Origin: Prolixibacteraceae bacterium | Lineage (GTDB): Bacteria > Bacteroidota > Bacteroidia > Bacteroidales > Prolixibacteraceae | Direction: 5' to 3' | DNA length: 40,000 nt | NCBI GenBank assembly: GCA_963666435.2 | Contig: CAXXOG010000008.1 | Coordinates: forward strand, 51,286 to 91,285 | Shown here: positions 34,461 to 40,000 of the stretch, one piece after another | How the letters are laid out: each line of letters starts with the position of its first letter | How positions within the stretch are numbered: position 1 is the stretch's first letter | Position numbers and translations under genes: made by a program | The notes under the pieces: generated by a model | What the model was told of the DNA's origin: nothing | The model's database searches: none | What the model saw: only the letters and a program-made list of their open reading frames with translations

Positions 34461-34900
34461 TCGCGTACTCTCAGGATGGCTCTGCGCTGTTGTAGTATCA
34501 CATCGCGCACTCATAAGACAGCTTCGCACGGTTGTAAGACGGTTCCGCGCACTCTTAAGATGGCTTCGCACGGTCTTAAGACGGTTCCGCGCACTCACAA
34601 GACGGCTTTGCACGGTCTTAAGACGGTTCCGCGCACTCACAAGATGGCTTCGCACGGTCTTAAGACGGTTCCGCGCACTCACAAGACAGCTTCGCGCGGT
34701 TGTAAGATGGTTCCGCAGTATCTTAATACGGTTCCGCGTGCCATTTAGATGACTTTGCAGACACTTTATGCGGCTTTGCAACACCCCTCCGATGACTTTG
34801 CAGGCACTTTATCCGGCTTTGTAACACCCCTCCGATGGCTTTGCAGGCACTTTATGCGGCTTTGTAACACTCTTCCGATGACTTTGCAGGTGGCTTTCCC
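34461..34900. repeat. tandem array of ~21 units of 21 bp (42/43-bp higher-order periodicity)
   Basis: Units in register at 34503, 34524, 34545 ... alternate ccgcgcactcacaagatggct and tcgcacggtcttaagacggtt. From 34748 there are three 43-bp units, gatgactttgcag.cactttat.cggctttg.aacac.c.tcc. Confidence 0.9.
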
Positions 34901-35597
34901 GAAAATAACCTGACAGGATTTTTACTTGTTTGTTGAAGTGGATATAAACATAGGATTTATTCCTGGTTTGTATTTCACCTGATTTAACTATCCCTGTTTC
35001 TTCCCCTTTGATATTTCTTTTTCCTGGTCTTTTATCACAGATTTCTGGTCTTCCTGTTTTTTACTTCTCATGGATTTTTATCCCTGTTTGGTGCTTTTTT
35101 CTTTTTCTATTTCCTGCTTTTTCATACAGGTTTATCCGTAATTGCTGGAACTTCGGTGCATGGTTTTGTTATGCACTGAAAATGCTGACAACCGGGTTTT
35201 TGCAGAGATTTTGCCCAAAATACGACCCAAAGGGTGGAGATTTTGGGCAAAACCCGAAGGACTTGTCCCTGCAAAAATTCCGGGGGGGCAGGTTACCTTT
35301 GCATTTTCAAAAGCATGTACATCAGTATCTTTTGGGTATTCTTCTTCCATTTTGTTTTTGTTCTTTTTGTACCACCTTTTTTTCAATTCACCGGTTTGTT
35401 TATGGGCCGCTCTACGGTGATTACATTGTCAAAACTAAATGCAACATTCAATAGTTTACATGACTTAAAAGTTGAGCCAATCGATAATTTGCCGGCAAAA
35501 ATATTGTACCCGTCGAAAAATGCAGGCCGTTTGAATCCGTTTCTATAACTTTGTTCAAAACAATCTGAAAAAGTAAATTTCAAAAAAACAAGGAAAC

Positions 35598-36365
35598 ATG
35601 CAATCACACGAAATTGATTACAAGATTATGGGTCACGATGTTCAGTTGGTTGAAGTTGAACTCGATCCGGGAGAAACAGTTATTGCCGAAGCTGGCGCCA
35701 TGTTATATATGGAAGACGGAATTAGCTTCGACACCAAAATGGGCGATGGTTCCAATCCACGCGCCGGTTTTTTCGATAAAGTTTTGGCAGCGGGTTCCCG
35801 CCTGATTACCGGCGAATCGCTTTTCATCACCCATTTTACCAACCAGGGCTGGGGCAAAAAACATGTAGCTTTTTCGGCTCCTTACCCCGGAACCATCATC
35901 CCGGTTAATCTGATGAATCACCGAGGCAACCTCATTGTTCAGAAAGATGCTTTCTTGTGTGCAGCCCTAGGCACAAAAATTTCGATGCGCTTCAACCGTA
36001 AACTGGGTGCCGGTTTCTTCGGAGGCGAAGGGTTCATTCTCCAGCAATTGCAAGGCGATGGCAAAGCCTTTATTCACGCCGGAGGTACAGTTATCGAACG
36101 TCAGCTGAACAACGAAGTTTTACGGGTTGACACCGGCTGCGTGGTAGGTTTCGAAGAAACAATCGATTTCGATATTCAGCAAGCCGGTGGCCTGCGCTCA
36201 ATGGTGTTTGGCGGCGAAGGTTTATTCCTGGCCACCTTGCGCGGAACCGGAAAAGTTTGGCTGCAATCAATGCCCATCCGCAAGCTGGTTGCCCAACTAA
36301 GCTCCTTTGGTCCAAACAGCCGCAAAGAAGCCAGCGGCGGATTGCTCAACAGCATTTTTGAATAA
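35598..36365 (+). CDS. AIM24 / TIGR00266 (DUF124) family protein
   Basis: [42 protein letters not shown]... matches the family N-terminus as recalled. Length is 255 aa. Confidence 0.8.
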   Translation: MQSHEIDYKIMGHDVQLVEVELDPGETVIAEAGAMLYMEDGISFDTKMGDGSNPRAGFFDKVLAAGSRLITGESLFITHFTNQGWGKKHVAFSAPYPGTIIPVNLMNHRGNLIVQKDAFLCAALGTKISMRFNRKLGAGFFGGEGFILQQLQGDGKAFIHAGGTVIERQLNNEVLRVDTGCVVGFEETIDFDIQQAGGLRSMVFGGEGLFLATLRGTGKVWLQSMPIRKLVAQLSSFGPNSRKEASGGLLNSIFE

Positions 36366-36387
36366 ACGGCTAAAACAAATAACCGGG

Positions 36388-36428
36388 CAGGAGGAAAATA
36401 AAATAGTTTTCCTCCTGTTTTATTTTTA
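36388..36428 (+). terminator. rho-independent terminator of the AIM24-family gene
   Basis: An 11-bp stem, CAGGAGGAAAA ... TTTTCCTCCTG, is followed by TTTTATTTTT. Confidence 0.8.
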
Positions 36429-36724
36429 GTCATTGGTGTCCAGGTAAAAACCGGAGATTCATCGCTTCACTCCGAACGACAGTTACCTACCCTACCTTCT
36501 TCCCACAACTGGTTGATGGTCATTTCGAACAAAGTGCGAAATCTAAATCGGATATGCACTGCGAAGATTTTACCGGACAATAGTCATTTTTAATGAATAT
36601 CCTTTCGTTGCCTAAAGAAGAGTATTCTACCGAGTATTCAATTCATTCTTTAAATTCCAACGCCGCAATAGGCATCGTCGCGCATAAGTCAACACGTTAT
36701 TCATCGATACCCGGTAAACGAACG

Positions 36725-36768
36725 AAAGGCTAATAAGCATGGGCAAACGCCTTAACTTATTAGCCTTT
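36725..36768 (-). terminator. terminator-like hairpin downstream of the RRM gene
   Basis: A 13-bp stem, AAAGGCTAATAAG / CTTATTAGCCTTT, has T-rich flanks on both strands. The loop is long (18 nt), so the call is moderate. Confidence 0.45.
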
Positions 36769-36821
36769 TATGTATTTGTAAGATAGGTCTTACTTAAATA
36801 GCACTTAATCTACAGGAAATA

Positions 36822-37295
36822 TTAAACATCTGATCTTCTGTTTCCGCCAGCGCTTCCACCACGATTGAAACCGCCTTTGTTGAAGCCACCGCCTGAATTA
36901 CCGCCACGGAAACCACCACGGTCGCCACCGCCAGAGTTACCACCACGGAAACCACCGCCAGAGTTACCACCACGGAAACCGCCGCCATTGCCACCACGGA
37001 AACCGCCGCCGTTACCACCACGGAAACCACCACCTGCTGGGCGGCTACCTTCTTTTTTTTCTTCAGCTTTATTTACAACAATTGTCCGGCCTTCAACTTC
37101 TGCGTTATTCAGTTCTTCAATTGCTTTTTTAGCTTCTTCTTCGTTAACCATTTCAACAAAACCAAAGCCCTTTGATCTGCCTGTAGCTTTGTCCATAATA
37201 ATCTTCACGGATGCAACTTCTCCGTATTCTTCAAAAATTTCCTGTAATTCGCTTTCCACAATTTTAAAAGGAAGGCTGCCAACAAAAATGTTCAT
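36822..37295 (-). CDS. RNA-binding protein, RRM domain with C-terminal RGG/Gly-rich repeats
   Basis: RNP-2 is IFVGSL and RNP-1 is KGFGFVEM. The C-terminus has about six GGGFRGGN repeats. Confidence 0.9.
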   Translation of the reverse strand: MNIFVGSLPFKIVESELQEIFEEYGEVASVKIIMDKATGRSKGFGFVEMVNEEEAKKAIEELNNAEVEGRTIVVNKAEEKKEGSRPAGGGFRGGNGGGFRGGNGGGFRGGNSGGGFRGGNSGGGDRGGFRGGNSGGGFNKGGFNRGGSAGGNRRSDV

Positions 37296-37926
37296 AAATA
37301 ACTGTTTAAATAATGGATAAATATATTCGCCAAATGTAGTTATATTTTAATTCAAAATACCTCAGCCCAAAGAAATTATCTCAAATTAAATCATTTTTCA
37401 ATCTTTTTATTAGCCTAGTATATAATAATTTACAGGAGATAGGCTCATAAATCTATTCAACAACATAGAATTTTATTCCTGGATAAAACTAAAACATGCC
37501 TTTCCCGGTCAGCTTATCCGTTTAAAAGTCAATAAAAAAACAACATACAAAGCCGGTTTTATTCAAATTCAATCTAAATTATACGATTTTTATTTTTCAA
37601 ATTAATTCAAACAAAAACTTATAATTGATTTGTAATAATGATCTTCAGCTTTTATAATGAAAGAAATGATTGTAGAATACTTACAATCACCACGAAACGA
37701 TGTTTGGAGAATTAGATAAAACTTATACTTTTGAACCCCGATTCCGGCACTTGTAACTCTTTTAGTTTGAGGGTTCAACAATCCGGGCAATTTGAATTAA
37801 AGACCAAAGTAATTAACCCGACTTCTTTTTGAAGCCATTGTTTTTTGCATTACCCAAAAATGCACAAAACAATTGTAAGACCCTGTAATTAAATGAAAAA
37901 ACTGCTTTTTTTTATTCTTTCTTTAA

Positions 37927-39177
37927 ATGCTGTTGTTGCTTTTGCCCAGGATAAACCCAAAGAAATTACCTCGGAGTTTTATGGATTTGTTCGTTTCGAG
38001 TCGTTTTTTCGATTCTTACAAAGGACTAAATGCTGGTAATGAATTATTTTTCATTGCTCCAAACTACATTGGGACTGATGTGAATGGGAAGCACATTAAC
38101 GAAACGCCAACGTACAACTTTTCGTCGATGGCATCTCGCTTAGGTGTTCGCATAAGCGGGCCTGTTATCCTGAACGCCAAGACGACAGCCAACATTGAAG
38201 CCGATTTTGCCGGAGACCTGGGCAGTAATCCCGCATTATTTCGCGTGCGCCAGGCCAATGCTGTTTTTACATGGCCGAAATCGTCGCTGCTGATTGGACA
38301 AACATGGCATCCGTTCTGGAGTGGAAAGGTATTTCCTTCGGTTGCCGGGCTGAATACAGGCTGCCCATTCCAACCATTCAACAGGAGCCCCCAAATTAGG
38401 TTCGACTATAAACCAAGCTCCGGTCTGATCCTTACTGTTGCCGCTGTGGGAGAGTTTCAATATAAATCATACGGGTTCTCGAAAATTGAAAATTACACGA
38501 CCGAAAAATCGGATATGTATAGCCGGAATGGGGGTATTCCCGAGTTGACTGCAAATATTGAAATGAACAACGGCGGATGTACGTTAGGAGCAGGAACAAG
38601 CCTAAAATACATTCTTCCTACATTATATACTGTGGGCACAAGCGGCAAATTTGTTTCCAACGACAAAGTAAAAGCCTTGTCGTTTGTGGGATACGGACAG
38701 TATGTGAAAAACTTATTTACAATCAGGGCCAAAGCCGTTTGGGGACAAAACATGACTCATTTAAATATTCCGGGAGGATACGGAATAAAGTCGCTCAACA
38801 AAGCTACCGGGGCTGTAACTTACACTCCGTACAACTCATTTACCAGCTATATCAATATGGTTTACGGTAAAAAGTATCAAATTGGCTTCTTTGGCGGCAT
38901 TATGAAGAACCAGGGAACCGTTGATGCTTTATATAATTTTGGAACTGACGCATTGCCATCTGCCGTTACACCAGGTCTGCTTCCCAACATTGCATCGATG
39001 TATAGGATAGCGCCGCATTTTGCGTTCAACATGTCGAAGCTGCGTTTCGTATTCGAATACGAGCTTACTAACGCCAAATATGGAACCGGGAACATTGACC
39101 TTTCCGATGGCTTATACAATAGCCATGTTAACGCAACCAACAAAAGAGCATTACTTGTAATGATGTATTCATTTTAA
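37927..39177 (+). CDS. porin-like outer-membrane beta-barrel protein, body of a frameshifted gene (signal peptide encoded from 37893 in another frame)
   Basis: The beta-barrel-like sequence ends in ...LLVMMYSF (aromatic C-terminus). The upstream ORF MKKLLFFILSLNAVVAFAQ...FYGFVRFESFF joins it if one T of the T6 run at 38004-38009 is removed. Confidence 0.7.
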   Translation: MLLLLLPRINPKKLPRSFMDLFVSSRFFDSYKGLNAGNELFFIAPNYIGTDVNGKHINETPTYNFSSMASRLGVRISGPVILNAKTTANIEADFAGDLGSNPALFRVRQANAVFTWPKSSLLIGQTWHPFWSGKVFPSVAGLNTGCPFQPFNRSPQIRFDYKPSSGLILTVAAVGEFQYKSYGFSKIENYTTEKSDMYSRNGGIPELTANIEMNNGGCTLGAGTSLKYILPTLYTVGTSGKFVSNDKVKALSFVGYGQYVKNLFTIRAKAVWGQNMTHLNIPGGYGIKSLNKATGAVTYTPYNSFTSYINMVYGKKYQIGFFGGIMKNQGTVDALYNFGTDALPSAVTPGLLPNIASMYRIAPHFAFNMSKLRFVFEYELTNAKYGTGNIDLSDGLYNSHVNATNKRALLVMMYSF

Positions 39178-39189
39178 TAACTAACCACC

Positions 39190-40000
39190 ATGTATTGGGA
39201 AAAAGAGCTTGAAACGCTCACCAGACCTGATTTAGAGAAACTTCAGGCAGCCCGGCTGAAAAACACAATCCAGTCGGCCATGAATTCTCCGTATTACGGA
39301 AATTTGTACAAACAACTGGGACTTTCGCCCGATTCAGTAAAATCGGCAGCCGATATTCGGAAGTTGCCGTTTACAACCAAGCAAAACCTGCGCGAGAATT
39401 TCCCCTATGGCTTTTTGGGCCTGCCAACCAAAGAGTTGATCCGTTTGCACAGCACCAGCGGAACAACGGGAAATCCAACCGTAATTTTTCACAACCGGCA
39501 CGACATTGATTCGTGGGCAAACCTGATGGCACGCTCGCTCTTTTGTGCCGGTGTGCGCGACACCGACGTTTTTCAAAACATCTGCGGCTACGGTTTATTC
39601 ACCGGCGGCCTCGGATTTCAGTATGGTGTCGAACGCCTGGGTTGCCTCAGCATTCCGGCCGGTGCAGGAAACAGTCCGCGCCAGATTAAGCTGATGCAGG
39701 ACTATGGAACAACCGTGGCCCACGCTATCCCAAGTTACCTGAATCGCCTATACGAAGTGTTCCTCGAAGAAGGCTTTGACCCGAAGAAAGATACGAAGCT
39801 GCATACCTTTGTGATTGGCGCCGAGCCGCATACCGAAGAACAACGTCGGCGCATTGAAGAAATGTACGGCGTAAAAGCTTACAATTCGTTTGGCATGACC
39901 GAAATGAACGGGCCTGGTGTTGCATTTGAATGCACCTGCCAAAACGGCTTGCATGTTTGGGAAGATGCTTACCTGGTCGAAATTGTCAATCCAGAGACAC
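39190..40000 (+). CDS. paaK: phenylacetate-CoA ligase family protein (partial, runs off window end)
   Basis: MYWEKELETLTRPDLEKLQAARLKNTI...LPFTTKQNLRENFPYG....LIRLHSTSGTTGNPTV is the PaaK-type adenylate-forming N-terminus. There is no stop before 40000. Confidence 0.8.
   Translation, partial: MYWEKELETLTRPDLEKLQAARLKNTIQSAMNSPYYGNLYKQLGLSPDSVKSAADIRKLPFTTKQNLRENFPYGFLGLPTKELIRLHSTSGTTGNPTVIFHNRHDIDSWANLMARSLFCAGVRDTDVFQNICGYGLFTGGLGFQYGVERLGCLSIPAGAGNSPRQIKLMQDYGTTVAHAIPSYLNRLYEVFLEEGFDPKKDTKLHTFVIGAEPHTEEQRRRIEEMYGVKAYNSFGMTEMNGPGVAFECTCQNGLHVWEDAYLVEIVNPET

Noticed and set aside
34461-34900. Tandem 21-bp repeats as a CRISPR array or a repeat protein
   Set aside because: The units are contiguous with no unique spacers. 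Both strands are open only because of the repeat, and the translations are low-complexity (RNRLKTV...).
34000-35607. Numerous overlapping ORFs (34000-34221, 34010-34351, 34117-34440, 35008-35454, 35132-35386 and others)
   Set aside because: They are mutually overlapping in several frames and are built from hairpin and tandem repeats or T-rich low-complexity sequence. No start context or recognisable domains are present.
36865-37320. Proline-rich 151-aa plus-strand ORF
   Set aside because: It is the mirror image of the Gly/Arg-rich repeats of the minus-strand RRM gene, which has clear RNP motifs.

Overview
The window looks like Bacteroidota chromosome, judged from gene content and TAnnTTTG-type promoter boxes; this is an inference. 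Positions 1-14.4 kb and 32.9-40 kb hold ordinary core genes. The left block carries the mutS 5' end, a GNAT-like ORF, mutL, two rhomboid proteases, YihY/BrkB, DUF4783, rlmH, a 1226-aa sensor kinase, an aldo/keto reductase, an MBL hydrolase, a small membrane protein and a PRTase. The right block carries a CarboxypepD_reg-domain protein, an AIM24/TIGR00266 protein, an RRM/RGG RNA-binding protein, a frameshifted porin-like gene and a PaaK-like ligase that runs off the end.

The middle 14.4-32.8 kb is an accessory island with integron-like organisation. About 12 cassettes (14 ORFs) of small, unrelated, visibly AT-rich genes all lie on the minus strand. Each is followed directly by a GC-rich structured repeat from one of four families: A (~147 bp, 5 copies), B (~100-175 bp, 5 copies), C (125 bp) and D (54 bp). 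The repeats have imperfect inverted-repeat arms and TAAC...GTTA cores. Conservation stops at the G|TT core, and each cassette is bracketed by its own cassette-specific inverted repeat, which is the signature of a circularisable cassette. No integrase or recombinase is present in the window.

The cassette junctions are insertion hot spots. They hold two 100% identical 2236-nt group II introns with RT/maturase, four 5'-truncated intron remnants (domains V-VI only), and two 1557-bp IS110/IS1111-family elements inserted at the same nucleotide of two A sites. The 3' non-coding region of each IS contains short segments identical to the target flanks and to the IS ends, which makes it a bridge/seek-RNA candidate.

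Cassette cargo includes an MNT/HepT toxin-antitoxin pair, a TIR-like (Cap12-type) protein, a TlpA-like thioredoxin-fold protein, DUF4279 and several secreted or lipoprotein hypotheticals. Separately, 34.0-35.6 kb is a 1.6-kb non-coding, repeat-dense region with GC-rich hairpins, a ~21-unit array of 21-bp tandem repeats and T-rich periodic repeats.
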